Assembly (NCBI GenBank): GCA_030167865.1
Contig: JALAGF010001848.1
Coordinates: forward strand, 1-64,000
Reading direction: 5' to 3'
Origin: Craspedostauros australis
Taxonomy: Eukaryota
Length of the DNA: 64,000 nucleotides
Made by a program: the position numbers and the translations under genes. Position 1 is the first letter of the stretch. Each line of letters begins with the position of its first letter. Under the pieces are notes generated by a model that was not told where the DNA came from, did no database searches, and was given only the letters and a program-made list of their open reading frames with translations. Positions 1-11,019 of this stretch are shown here, in pieces.

Positions 1-186
1 CACCCCCTCAGCCTGTCGATCAGCAGTTCTGTGAGCCGTCTTCGTTCGTCTCTGTATCCTTCACAGGCATCATAGGTGCGATCTTGTTCCCACACATGCA
101 CCCCCATGACAATGTAGTCACCCTTGTGCTAGTCATCTCGCCACTGTTCCTGCCTCTCCCCTTTTGCTCTGTGTGCGGCTGTCGAG

Positions 187-238
187 NNNNNNNNNNNNNN
201 NNNNNNNNNNNNNNNNNNNNNNNNNNNNNNNNNNNNNN
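187..238. other. Assembly gap (N run)
   Basis: Run of N at 187-238. Confidence 0.99.
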
Positions 239-791
239 CTTGTATCCTCGGTTGCAGCCATTTCTCACAGCAACTCTACTATAGTGTGTACAACGATTCC
301 TACACGAAGATAGCTTCACCAGTCCCATGCACTTCGCTCGCACGCTCCCTTTCTTGGATCCGTTGCACTGGTCTGGTCCAAAGCAACACTTGTCAAGCAG
401 CCAGATTGGCTTCCTCCTTGGCGCCTCTGTATTCCTGGGTCCGCACAATGTGAAATCACACCTCCAGTATAGTAGCAGTGGCTCATTCAGCATACACAGT
501 CTCACAGAATCTCGGCATCATTTCTGGAGACATCGTTGGCAACTACGACTGTGTGGACACAATGCACCATGCACATACACTCCTCTGCAATTCTGTGTTG
601 GTTCACAGAAACATGTGTGCTCATTGCCCAAGCATACCATCGCATTGTTGTGTCGTATCAGTTTTTGGGGGGTCACCATTCCAGCGCCTCCATGCATCCC
701 CACGTGCTATCCAAATGGCAAGACACACCACTACAACACCAAGGGCTGTGAATTAAACCTGTACTCTATGAACCAATGTGTTATCTATGCA

Positions 792-1319
792 TTAGCTGTT
801 CTGCTCTGGATCTTCCACGAGCGAGGCAACCCAGGTTCTCACCTCCATTATGTTTGCCATTGTCTGGTGAATGTCGAACAAGGGGTTNNNNNNNNNNNNN
901 NNNNNNNNNNNNNNNNNNNNNNNNNNNNNNNNNNNNNNNNNNNNNNNNNNNNNNNNNNNNNNNNNNNNNNNNTCAAGACACCCCCAATTTTTGAACCTCT
1001 TGTGGACGGTCTCATGGCGGGCACGGACAACTCCATTGAAACGAGTGCGCTCCAAACAATATGCTGCCTTGCCTCTGTACCCTTTGTCTGTGACGACCTG
1101 CTCACCAGGATCCAGTTGCTGCCTGAGGGATTCACGGAAGATGGTGATGTCTGGGTATTCACCACAAACATAGGGTCCCTGCACCCACACAAGATGTCCA
1201 GTCTCAATACACACACCAGTTTCGTATCGAAGCCCAGCATGTCTGAATTTGTGAGAGTACCAGAGCTTGTTGAATGGCTTTGGTTCAACAATGCGGAAAT
1301 CCGTCCCATCAACAGACAT
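792..1319 (-). mobile_element. PIF/Harbinger-like (DDE_Tnp_4-type) transposase fragment, 5'-truncated and interrupted by an assembly gap
   Basis: Catalytic-core motifs occur in order: SVDGTDFRI, YSHKF..GLRYE.GVCI.TG.LVW..GP, YPDITIFR, VTDKGYRG, RARHETVHKRFKNW. An in-frame TGA lies six codons upstream of the ATG at 1319, so the N-terminal part is missing. No terminal inverted repeats were identified. Confidence 0.8.
888..972. other. Assembly gap (N run) inside the transposase remnant
   Basis: Run of N at 888-972. Confidence 0.99.
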
Positions 1320-2938
1320 GAGCTGAGTTGAGATTCAATAAGGGACAGACTACTACCGGACACGGTATCAACCCGATGGGAGAAATTCTTGTTTTGGCGC
1401 GAAATCTTCTGACTTGATTGACCACCAAATATTTTCTCCTCCTTTCTCTCCTCCATTCACGAATCCATCATGACTCAAGCATGACCGACCTGACTCACAC
1501 CTCACCTTGGGAACTATGTGCTCTTCAGATCCTTATACTACAACATACCTCGATTCCCTTCATGCTGTTGACTACTGCATCACAGCCGTAGTCATGACGC
1601 GTGTATCCAATCTGCTTCAACTCAAGCAATGGAATCCGAGGGTCAGCTCCAACCACAGCCACTGCTTCATGACCATCACTACCAGGAGTCATGACCTACA
1701 CTGCAGTGTGTCTACATGTATGGAGAGCAAGGCACTGTAATGATCGCCTACCCTGTGGCACTGAACCAAGTACATCAGTGCAGGGTCTCACCAAGTTGTG
1801 TGGCATTGTTTCTTCACCCTACTAACACTACAAAGCTAACCCATAATAAACAGACAAGGATTAGCTACAAAGCACTCTTCTACTCATCGCTACAGTAACA
1901 ACTCTTCAATCAGTACACCTCTCTTGAACTGCATCACATGGCTATCCCGAAGCCAGCAGATCCAAGAGGCATTCTCCACCAATTCGCGCCGTCTACGCCC
2001 GAATCCTAACTGTTTACACAAGATTATGAGCTGTTGTGCTCGTTTGCTTGTTTGCGTGTTTGTTGTTGTTGTTCGCCTCTTTGCTGCTGTTTGCCTTGTG
2101 CTGTGCAGCTTGGTGGTGATAATGACTGCCAGCCGCCGAATCAAATCTTTTGATGACTGGCACGTCCTTGCTCCGTCCGGTGTCTGTCCCGGCGGTATTG
2201 TTCCGATGAGAGTCTACTGCACCAACATGACTCGCGTCATCATCCTTGATTGACTGGAACAAGTACCCACGACCTAAGATTCTGGACGAAATTTCTGGTC
2301 AGGGACGATGACACTTCTTCGCAACACGATCGCTCCGTTTTGTGAGAGAGCGCCAAAGGGAGAGAAAGAGCAACGGACACAGACACAAACAAGAGAAGAA
2401 GCAGGCGACAACCCAAGGCGACGATGACAAGGACAACACATGACACCACAAGAGACGCTTGACTCGAGAAAATATACTTGTAGCCGCTGCCCTCTTTATT
2501 GGTGTGGAAGAGGCATACTCACACAATGTGACGTACGTCAAGACAACCAGATATAATACACAGGTTGAGTATGAGCCAACGTACAAGACCGTCCTTCCAA
2601 AGGGATTGAGATGAAGACAGCAGAAACGGCCGTCAAGTTTGACAGATTGTCATTGTCATCAACCGGAAGGGGCGGAGGATGCATCTCTGATGACAGCTAC
2701 GACTATGGCGGTGCCTTGTGATGATTGATGCTGTGCAATTGCCACAATCAAAGCACAGCAAGAGGCATGCAACAGATCGTCAGCCGCATCGCACAAGACA
2801 GCATTCAGAGCACCCTTCAAAGCGCCACACAAGGCACCACTCAGAGGAACGACCATTGATAGAGCTCTACACCAACGATTCACGATAGTCCACTGCGCAA
2901 CATTGCACTCTACTACAGCACAGATCCCAACTATCTCA

Positions 2939-5900
2939 ATGGTCTCAGCGCCGCAGCCGCCCATCCAATCATCAATCAACATGAGCCACACGCCACCACG
3001 AAAGAACCTCTTCGGCACCATCTTCCAGTATCCCCACTTGGTCGGTGATGTCGGTCAGTTTGTCTCCGGCACATCGCACACCCAAAGCCCCCATGCCAAC
3101 ACTGACCGCTCACCCCATGAGCGCAGTGCGAACAGGAGCGTAGGCACAAGTACTCCCCGAAGCGAAGCTTCCTCCGATTCGTCCAGCGTCACATCAAGTG
3201 CGGTGACGGCGGTGGCCTCTCACAACCTGAGTTCCAATGTCGCTTCACGCAAGAAGGTCAAGCGGAACAAGCTACCTCCGTCACGGTACCGCATGCCCAA
3301 TCAGTCTTCTTCCAATGTGAAGCCGTCGAAGAAGGGAAGCAATGGCGCCACGAACTCCGGCAGCAACAACAGCGACAAGGCCAGCAAACAAACTCGACAA
3401 CCATTCTTTGATATCACCAAGTCCATCCTCAATGTTGAGAATCCCATCGTAGCGTACGGGCGGTCTCTCCCGTTATCATTATCGCCTAGAGGCAACAGCC
3501 AATCCCATCAACCACCTGCGCCTGCACCAGTCGTAGAAGCAGTAGCAGAAGCAGAGAATACACCAAATGGGAACTATCGTCATGTCTACGATGTCGTGGA
3601 TGAGAATGCGAGCAGTGGAGGCATCGGCAGTATCACCACCAGCAGCAACAGCAACAGCAACAACGGCGAGAATATCCACCGCAGGGACCTTACTGTTGGA
3701 CGTAATCGTGATGATTATCGTGATCATGATCTTGACTGTAGCCAACAAAACAGCCAACTTCAAGATCCTGAGTTCCATTCTGACGATGGAGGGGAAGAAG
3801 AAGAGGATGACATCGTGTACATCGAAGAGCAGCCGCCAGAGGATGCCGTACCATCCTGCAGCGGCGCATTGAGCCTCACACCCAAGCAGCTGGCAGAGGT
3901 CTTCGTCGTCTTCGAAAACACCCGACGCATGTGGTATGGAGGTGCTGATGCTGACACGGACACTGGTGCAAAGGGTAACAACGAGGCCAATGATGACGGC
4001 CACAACGGTGGGAATGATGCGGCAGGTGTCGCCAGCCAGAACACTGTCGGTGAAGACCGCGGAAGAACCGCTCGCAAAACAGTCATCGCAAGCGATACCG
4101 TCAGTGACAACCAAGACAATCATACTCGCAGCAGCAAGAACGACTACGACAGCAACGCAGATGACGCGTCGGCCCAAGTGTCAGTTGGAGCATTGTCGCC
4201 AAACCAAGAAAGCCGCAACGTCACCAACTTCAACACCATTGCCAGCGGCAGCAACAGCAACAACGTGGGGGCCGAGCAAAACTCAAAAGCAAGATCATTC
4301 GCGACGAAAGTAGGCATTGGATCCTCCACAACTCCTCTACCAACAAGCGTGAAGAATGGAATGCGGTACCATCATTCGCAACCGATCACTACGACTCCAG
4401 AGACTGTCGCAAGCAGCAACAGCGACAACACCGCTGACACCAACCGCACCCCATCAACGCCGAACCAAGAAGACTACGCAAAGCCAGTACCACCAACCCC
4501 AATCACCTCTCCGCTGTCTCCGCCTGTCCTACCCTCGGCTACTTCGGGTCCTGTCTTTCTGGCGTACAGCCCGGACGTAGATGACAGTGACGATTCTGTT
4601 GGAGACTACGAATGGAAGAAGCGCGCAGAATCGCTGGAGATGGAGTGCGCCACGCTCAAGGAAATCATCAAAATCGACTCCTCCAACCTCTTCAAGCTGA
4701 AGCGTGCTGTCGAAGCTCAGCGATGCGAGAGCCAGCAGAAGCGCGCCAAGTTCAACCTCTTCCAAATCGAAGTCAAGAAGATGCAAACCCGTCTGGAGAC
4801 TATCCAGAAGGAGAGAAGCGCCTTCCGCCAGCGCGAAGCGGACTACCAGGAAACCATCGACGTGCTCAAGACCGAAATCGACAAGCTCTGCAAGGCTAGG
4901 GAGAGGACAAAGACGCTGCCCCGTCATCCCAGATCCAAGAACGAGATCGTGTCCGACATCAAGCTCCTGGCTCAGACGAAGCAGCTGATGGGAGAAAATC
5001 GAATGCATGTTTCACGCATCGCCGAGTACGAACTACGAGTTGCGGAGCTCAACCAATCCATCCAGCTGCACAGGGAAGAGAATGACGCGCTGCACGAACG
5101 GATCGCAGAGCTCGAAATGGAGCACCACATGTCTCTCAAGCCGGAGCTGAATGACGTGGACGGCATTCTCCAGCACTACAATCGTGACACAAATGCCTAC
5201 GGTGACGGTGACGATGACGTCGACGCTGAGAGTCGTTTCATGGACAGCGATGATGATGATGATGATGATGATAGGAGCTACGATGACACGAGTTACGATG
5301 ATACGAACGAAGGCAGGTCGTTCCATCATGATGCTGATTACATCAGCGAAGGTGGCAGCGGTTGTGGCCACAGTGGCGACATTGATGGAAACGACAGTCA
5401 CTACAACGATGACGGGTCCCTGTCGGAGTCATCATCATTGTACGGCACGAATGCAGCTTCAAGCACAAGTGCAAGTACATGCGAGCGTGAGGATGAACAT
5501 GATCACGCACATGATGCATCGCAAGGACGTGGTCTGGCGTCGCAATCTGATCCCAATCGCGAACCCTTCCCCACGCACCGCACCAATGGTCTCGCTCGTT
5601 CGCATACACCAACACAGGCATCAGCGCCCCACAGCATTGGTGAACTCGGCGAAATCTTGACCATCATCGCAAATCGGCTTGCGGTCGTCGAAAAGGGACA
5701 GGCAGACACGCGAGATCGGTTGGATAGGCAGTTGGCGAACAGCGACGGAGGCCTTGTTAACCGCGACGACGAGGAAGAAGGACCAGAAGCAGCCGCGACT
5801 GCAACTCCCATACCACAAGCTGTTCGGAAAGACCAATCGGCCTTGCAAGACTGCAGCATCGACTCCACGAACGATGAAATTGAAGTGCTCCTTGCCACCA

Positions 5901-6031
5901 AGCGCAGATCTGGAGGACGGGAGGATCGGCAACGTGCCAAGGCCACTGGCGAGTCATCCTACTGCTGCGACGCGGAGTCTTGCGAACCATGGAAGACAAT
6001 CGCGGACCGGCTCCGTGAAGCAGACGTCTGA
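2939..6031 (+). CDS. Uncharacterised ~1030 aa protein: long disordered regions around a central coiled coil
   Basis: Single long ORF; first in-frame ATG at 2939, alternative at 2981. Heptad-like region YEWKKRAESLEMECATLKEII...ALHERIAELEME at ~4605-5125. Ser/Asn/Asp-rich flanks. No family recognised. Confidence 0.8.
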   Translation: MVSAPQPPIQSSINMSHTPPRKNLFGTIFQYPHLVGDVGQFVSGTSHTQSPHANTDRSPHERSANRSVGTSTPRSEASSDSSSVTSSAVTAVASHNLSSNVASRKKVKRNKLPPSRYRMPNQSSSNVKPSKKGSNGATNSGSNNSDKASKQTRQPFFDITKSILNVENPIVAYGRSLPLSLSPRGNSQSHQPPAPAPVVEAVAEAENTPNGNYRHVYDVVDENASSGGIGSITTSSNSNSNNGENIHRRDLTVGRNRDDYRDHDLDCSQQNSQLQDPEFHSDDGGEEEEDDIVYIEEQPPEDAVPSCSGALSLTPKQLAEVFVVFENTRRMWYGGADADTDTGAKGNNEANDDGHNGGNDAAGVASQNTVGEDRGRTARKTVIASDTVSDNQDNHTRSSKNDYDSNADDASAQVSVGALSPNQESRNVTNFNTIASGSNSNNVGAEQNSKARSFATKVGIGSSTTPLPTSVKNGMRYHHSQPITTTPETVASSNSDNTADTNRTPSTPNQEDYAKPVPPTPITSPLSPPVLPSATSGPVFLAYSPDVDDSDDSVGDYEWKKRAESLEMECATLKEIIKIDSSNLFKLKRAVEAQRCESQQKRAKFNLFQIEVKKMQTRLETIQKERSAFRQREADYQETIDVLKTEIDKLCKARERTKTLPRHPRSKNEIVSDIKLLAQTKQLMGENRMHVSRIAEYELRVAELNQSIQLHREENDALHERIAELEMEHHMSLKPELNDVDGILQHYNRDTNAYGDGDDDVDAESRFMDSDDDDDDDDRSYDDTSYDDTNEGRSFHHDADYISEGGSGCGHSGDIDGNDSHYNDDGSLSESSSLYGTNAASSTSASTCEREDEHDHAHDASQGRGLASQSDPNREPFPTHRTNGLARSHTPTQASAPHSIGELGEILTIIANRLAVVEKGQADTRDRLDRQLANSDGGLVNRDDEEEGPEAAATATPIPQAVRKDQSALQDCSIDSTNDEIEVLLATKRRSGGREDRQRAKATGESSYCCDAESCEPWKTIADRLREADV

Positions 6032-6525
6032 TCGCAAAGCTGCGGAGGAATGCAGGAGTGGAGGAAGGAGGAAGAGGCCAGAAGGTTGCCATCTATTATA
6101 TGCCGCTGTTGGCAAAGGCCAAATCGAGATGCCCAAAATCATTCTATCTGCTCTTCTCTTTGGAGCATCACGGTCGAAATCGTCGGGTGAGCGGGGTCGC
6201 CTGTGACCGTGATCCAGAATCGCGAAGGAATGACGCTCGGCGAATCGACAGCATCAAAGGAAGCGAACTGGGAGAACCCTCGCTCTCCAGACGGGGTCTT
6301 TGCCTGGATGAGAGTTCGACACTTGAAGCACAGTGCAATAGAGTCATCCACAGCGGAGTAGATTATTCTGCGGTATCACTCAATGCCTTCAGGAACGCAG
6401 AGGAACACAGGGCATGAGTACTCGTAGAGAACAGTAACCTTTTTAGTCGTTGGCTCCTATCAGGCACAGGAACCGGAGTCCTCTAGAGAATGCGGTATTG
6501 ATCCGTGACTACGGTCTCTATTGGT

Positions 6526-9500
6526 TCATCTCTTCTTCGACTTGCCACCCTTCTGTTTGCCTTTGGATTTCTGATTCTTCGCCAACTTGCTCGCGCCTGC
6601 TGCTGAGATCTTCACGTCGCCCAAGCCCAGCGTCTGGACCCAGTCATTGTCGTTCAGCTGCTTGATCATGGCAAGGTTCCTTGTGGCGGAAGGGGCCTTG
6701 GAATTATCCTTCATGAACATTTCGACGCATTGCTTCGCGGCCTTGCCCCGCTTCATGTTGCCTGGTGTGAGCTTGACGCGGTAGGCGTACTTGGATAGAG
6801 TATGATACGGCGCGCACACGGGCACAGCGTGGAGCACCAAGTCCTTCGCGTCTGGCTGGGATGTCAGGCGGTTTAGTTCCAGGGTGTCGCCAAGGCCACC
6901 GTCTTCATCATCGTCGTCTGCTTCCACGATGCCCTCCTCGGCCAAGGTCTTCTTCCATTCCTCGTCTTCGGCAACCTTTTCAGCCTTCGTCTTCCGCTTC
7001 ATCTCAACGGAGTTGTTGGCGTTGCCGTTCTTGGTTTCCTCACCGGTGTCAAGGTTCTTGTGTCCGTACTTTCGGATCGTGCGAATGATGCCCGACAGGC
7101 TTCCGGAGAAGTTGTCGATTCTTGTCGTGCGCTTGAGATTGAGTAGCCGCTTGGCTGCTGCGACCTGCTGTTCTTCCAGCTGGAACGTCATGAGCTGCTC
7201 CAGGACATCTGCATCGAACTTGTCCCAGCGGATGTTGGTAACTGCCTCCACTGCTTTTGGTGCATCTGCGCTGTTTGTCGCATCTTTCCCACTGCCACCG
7301 TTGTTGCCTGGCACAGAGACGCACTCCGCCAGGATTTGGCGAACGCTGTCCGGGAGCCGGTCCGCGACCTTGGAAGGATCCTTTCGCAGCAATGCCAGCG
7401 TATCGTTGGCTGCCTTCACCTCGCTTGCGCTCGCGATGGGAGCCTTGAGCTTGTTGCGATCCTTGCGCTTCTGCTTTTCGCCACCGTGCAGCGCCATCAT
7501 GGCCAATTCTCGTTCCTCGTCATCTTGATCAGCGTACTTTCTCATCATCTTCTTCATCTTGGCCTTCTTGCCGCGCTTGCTGTTGCTGGTGTTGGCAGTG
7601 CTTGCTGATCGATTAGTTGATACGGAATCGACATCCGAAATCTGTTGCTTCTTGCCGGACTTCGAGTTGGCTTGTTGCCGGAGTTTTCTGGCTTCTTCCG
7701 CGCGAGTTCGTTCCTCCTCTGCCTTCGCAGCAGCCTCCAACGATCCGTGCTTCTTGATCAGCTTGCGTTCTTTGACGGAGAGTCCCTTCTTCGGCTTTGT
7801 TGCCGTTTTGGATTCTCCTGAGGCCTTTTCGTCGGCAGTGAAAACCGCTGTTGCCTTGTCCTCATCCGTTGCACCTGCTGTTGGCATGTTGTTCGTAGTC
7901 GCTGCTATCCTATCGTTCTGACCGTCCTGTGTCCATGTACTTCCTGCATCTGCAGTGCTGTTGGGTTGCGGTTCAGTCATGTCCGTTTTCGTTTGCTCGT
8001 TGCTGCTGCTTGTGTTCGCAGAAGCATTTTGGGTTGGCCGCAGCTCAGAGATGTCATGTACGCTCATGTCATCATCGTCGTCACCATCATCGACATTATC
8101 ATTAGCGGCGGTTGCTGCTGCTGCTGCTGGATTTCTCGCTCTCTGCTTCCCGGACTGTTGTTTGGGCTTGTCATGATTATCCTGCAGGAACAAAGCCTCT
8201 TCCTCTTCTTGTTCCTTGGCCAAAAGCGCAAAATCACGGCGTTCATTCTTGTGACGAGCGATGCTTTCATCGTCGCCCAGCCGAAAGAGGACGGCCAGGC
8301 CCATCTCCAAAGTCGATGGAGGCAGGAAGTTTTTCTTCCCGCGGATCATGAAGGAACCAACCACCAAGTACTCACCAGTCGGTGCCGTCTTGCTGACCTG
8401 GTGCGATTCCACCCACCACGCGGATGTCACCATGCGCGACTTCCAGGCCGATGATTTGCAGATGGTGAAGTTGCCCGCCTCTCGCAATGCCTGATCAGAC
8501 AATGGCAAGGGTTTGGTCCTGCCCGTGCTTGTATCGCGGTACCGTTTGGCACGCAGGATGCAGGACGCCGCACCATGCACATCTGCGTGGAGGTAGGCAT
8601 CGCCGGTTCGCAGATACCGTTTGACGAGCTGCTCATTCTGTTGTGCATCTTTTCCGGCAATCACCAGATAGTTATCGCTTGTGATGAACCAATGGAATTT
8701 CTCAAACCACATGGGCTTCCGTATGAGGGCAACATTTGAGGACAGACTTTGGGTCCGTTTCTGCGCTTCAGCCAGTTGACGTCGTGCTGTCTCCTCAGCG
8801 GCTTGCAACGCCTTCTCTGATGCCTCCATCGTCTTTTGGAATTTGTCCTTGCTGGCGCGGTACTTCGCAAACAGGGAACTCGAATTGCCAAACGCGCTTT
8901 CCTTCAGCGAGACAGTCACATCCAGTGTCTTCTCACTGTCACCGCCGTCATGGCCATCGTTTTTGTCGCTGTCACTGCTGCCTTCAGCGCCGTTGTGTTG
9001 GACAGGCAAGCGAAGTACCATGCAATCCTGCTCCAGTTGGAGCTTGTGGATGAGCAATGCGATGGGGTTTTGGTTCTGCTCCTGCTCGAGGGTAACGTAC
9101 TCCTGCAGCTGCGTCCAATCCATTCCCGAGTTCAACGCCGAGTTGATGACCTGCAGGGCATGATCGACCATCTCCGAATTTTGTTCGACGGCCATTGCTT
9201 GGTACTTGAGCTGATCCTGTTGTCGCAAGAGGTTCCGAATGCGCTGCTGCTGATCGTTCTGAATCTTCTCCAATCTCTGCTGGGCCTGCGCCTGCTGCGT
9301 TTGAGCGCGCTGCAGGTTGAGCTGGTTCTGAATGTGTGAGAAGAAAGCATCGACGGCGTCGTTGAATCTGGGGTACTCGATGTATTGGAGACCGTTGCCG
9401 GTGGCGCCTGTTTGATGCTGATGTAGCAAATGGGGCTGGAATTCCACGAGGTACTTGTCATCGAATTCGGATGGTGCCAGTTTGACATCCTCCTCTCCAT

Positions 9501-11019
9501 CCTTCTTGTTGGAATCTTTCCTTCCGTCCTTGTCATTGCCGGCTGCTGGTTCCCGTGGTTGGTAGATGATGTAACCCTTCGAGTCCTGCTGCTGCAGCTT
9601 GCCCAGCACCCGATCGCCCTCCTCCTGCAATGTGGTTTGCAACTGCTTCCAATCACTTGAGCTCATCTGCGATGGATGTATTGAATTCTGCGTCCCCTTG
9701 ACATTGCTGTTTTCTTCAGCGTTGTCGATTGAGTCGCGATGCTTGTTCTGAAAGATAGCAATGCAATGGTCCAGCAAGGATGGTCCGTAATGTGTGACGC
9801 CGGACGTTGGCTTCATGAGGTACCACTTGAGATTGTCGTTGCCATTCTTGTTCTTTCCTTTTCCCTTCTTCTTTCCCTTGTTGCCATTGGCAGACGAATT
9901 CGCGGCGTCGTGCCATTTCTGTTCGTCTTCAATGATACGCTGATACCACTGTTGAGGTTCTTTCGCGGCAAGCAAGGTAGAATCGGAATTAGTTTCGTCT
10001 TTGGAGGTTACAGCTTCGTCAAGATCACCTTCATTGATGTTGGTGGTGGTGGTGCTGCTGCTGCTGCTGCTGCTATTGGAGTTGACGGCTGTGGTGGTCG
10101 CGTATGTGATGGGGTAGACATGTCCAACGCGAACCTGAACTCTTTGACCATCCGTCGCGCTCTGGTCTCCGTTGCTTGCGCTCTTTTTGTTGGTTGCGGC
10201 GTCTTCGGTGCCATTCTTCTTCTTCTGTGCTGCAGTGTCGCCTTGGTCACTTTGATTCGCCGTGCCACCATCGGCACCTTTGGTGTTGCTGGTGCTGCCG
10301 GAGTATTCATGACCACGCAGAAGCGACAAGATTTCGTACTTGGAATTGGTGAGGATGATGTTGCCACGTGCATAGAACTCCAAAATGAGCGAGTGACGCT
10401 GGGCATCGCCGCTTCCGAAGATGAGGTTGACGACACGGTCGTAGTTTCCCAGCTGCTGCACCTGCTCCAATCGCAAGCCTCGTAAATGCTTGCGCAGCTT
10501 GGCGCAGAATGGGGTCGGCATGGTCCCAGCAAAGGACTGTCTCGTGGTCGCATGGAAACGAACTCCACTCTCGACGAGGAGCAGCAGGTGCTGATTGGCA
10601 TCGTCGTCCTTCTCAGTTTGAGCGTCATTTCCAGCATTGTTGGCAGCATTACTGCCTTCGATCATGTTGCCACCGGAAGCTAACTGCAGTTGTTTGGATG
10701 TAGAAGCAACAGGTGCGCTTGCGTCTCCAACAGCGTTACCACGTTGCTTTTCCAGCTTGAATATGTAAGTGTCACCGTTGGAACCATTGTAGATATTGAC
10801 CACGCGTCGTCCCAAGGCAACGCGTTTCCAATATGACACCATGGCCGCAACGTCCAAACCATCGAATCGGACCTTCGTCTTGTGCTTCTGTTTTTTCTGC
10901 TGTTGCTTCTGCTTGTCCTGTTGTTGTTGCTGCTGCTGTTGCTGCTGTGACTTTCGACCTCCAGTTTGTCCGGCTTGCTTGGAGGCCGCAACCGGCGCTG
11001 CATCACACTCTGGAGCCAT
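6526..11019 (-). CDS. NEMF: Ribosome quality-control factor NEMF/Rqc2 (NFACT family), single exon, 1497 aa
   Basis: NFACT-N: KVRFDGLDVAA, LLLVESGVRFH, F..KLRKHLRGLRL, YDRVV, LILEFYARGNIILT. NFACT-R: WFEKFHWFITSDNYLVIAGKDAQQNE, YLHADVHGA, SAWWV...QVSKTAPTGEYL..GSFMIRGKKNF. Also RGKKAKMKKM..KYADQDDEER and NFACT-C (VPVCAPY..YRVKLTPG..KRGKA). Confidence 0.96.
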   Translation of the reverse strand: MAPECDAAPVAASKQAGQTGGRKSQQQQQQQQQQDKQKQQQKKQKHKTKVRFDGLDVAAMVSYWKRVALGRRVVNIYNGSNGDTYIFKLEKQRGNAVGDASAPVASTSKQLQLASGGNMIEGSNAANNAGNDAQTEKDDDANQHLLLLVESGVRFHATTRQSFAGTMPTPFCAKLRKHLRGLRLEQVQQLGNYDRVVNLIFGSGDAQRHSLILEFYARGNIILTNSKYEILSLLRGHEYSGSTSNTKGADGGTANQSDQGDTAAQKKKNGTEDAATNKKSASNGDQSATDGQRVQVRVGHVYPITYATTTAVNSNSSSSSSSTTTTNINEGDLDEAVTSKDETNSDSTLLAAKEPQQWYQRIIEDEQKWHDAANSSANGNKGKKKGKGKNKNGNDNLKWYLMKPTSGVTHYGPSLLDHCIAIFQNKHRDSIDNAEENSNVKGTQNSIHPSQMSSSDWKQLQTTLQEEGDRVLGKLQQQDSKGYIIYQPREPAAGNDKDGRKDSNKKDGEEDVKLAPSEFDDKYLVEFQPHLLHQHQTGATGNGLQYIEYPRFNDAVDAFFSHIQNQLNLQRAQTQQAQAQQRLEKIQNDQQQRIRNLLRQQDQLKYQAMAVEQNSEMVDHALQVINSALNSGMDWTQLQEYVTLEQEQNQNPIALLIHKLQLEQDCMVLRLPVQHNGAEGSSDSDKNDGHDGGDSEKTLDVTVSLKESAFGNSSSLFAKYRASKDKFQKTMEASEKALQAAEETARRQLAEAQKRTQSLSSNVALIRKPMWFEKFHWFITSDNYLVIAGKDAQQNEQLVKRYLRTGDAYLHADVHGAASCILRAKRYRDTSTGRTKPLPLSDQALREAGNFTICKSSAWKSRMVTSAWWVESHQVSKTAPTGEYLVVGSFMIRGKKNFLPPSTLEMGLAVLFRLGDDESIARHKNERRDFALLAKEQEEEEALFLQDNHDKPKQQSGKQRARNPAAAAATAANDNVDDGDDDDDMSVHDISELRPTQNASANTSSSNEQTKTDMTEPQPNSTADAGSTWTQDGQNDRIAATTNNMPTAGATDEDKATAVFTADEKASGESKTATKPKKGLSVKERKLIKKHGSLEAAAKAEEERTRAEEARKLRQQANSKSGKKQQISDVDSVSTNRSASTANTSNSKRGKKAKMKKMMRKYADQDDEERELAMMALHGGEKQKRKDRNKLKAPIASASEVKAANDTLALLRKDPSKVADRLPDSVRQILAECVSVPGNNGGSGKDATNSADAPKAVEAVTNIRWDKFDADVLEQLMTFQLEEQQVAAAKRLLNLKRTTRIDNFSGSLSGIIRTIRKYGHKNLDTGEETKNGNANNSVEMKRKTKAEKVAEDEEWKKTLAEEGIVEADDDDEDGGLGDTLELNRLTSQPDAKDLVLHAVPVCAPYHTLSKYAYRVKLTPGNMKRGKAAKQCVEMFMKDNSKAPSATRNLAMIKQLNDNDWVQTLGLGDVKISAAGASKLAKNQKSKGKQKGGKSKKR

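Noticed and set aside
1890-2450. Short minus-strand ORFs next to the transposase, as a possible Harbinger ORF1
   Set aside because: No Myb/SANT-like Trp pattern; the sequence is low-complexity and frames are short.
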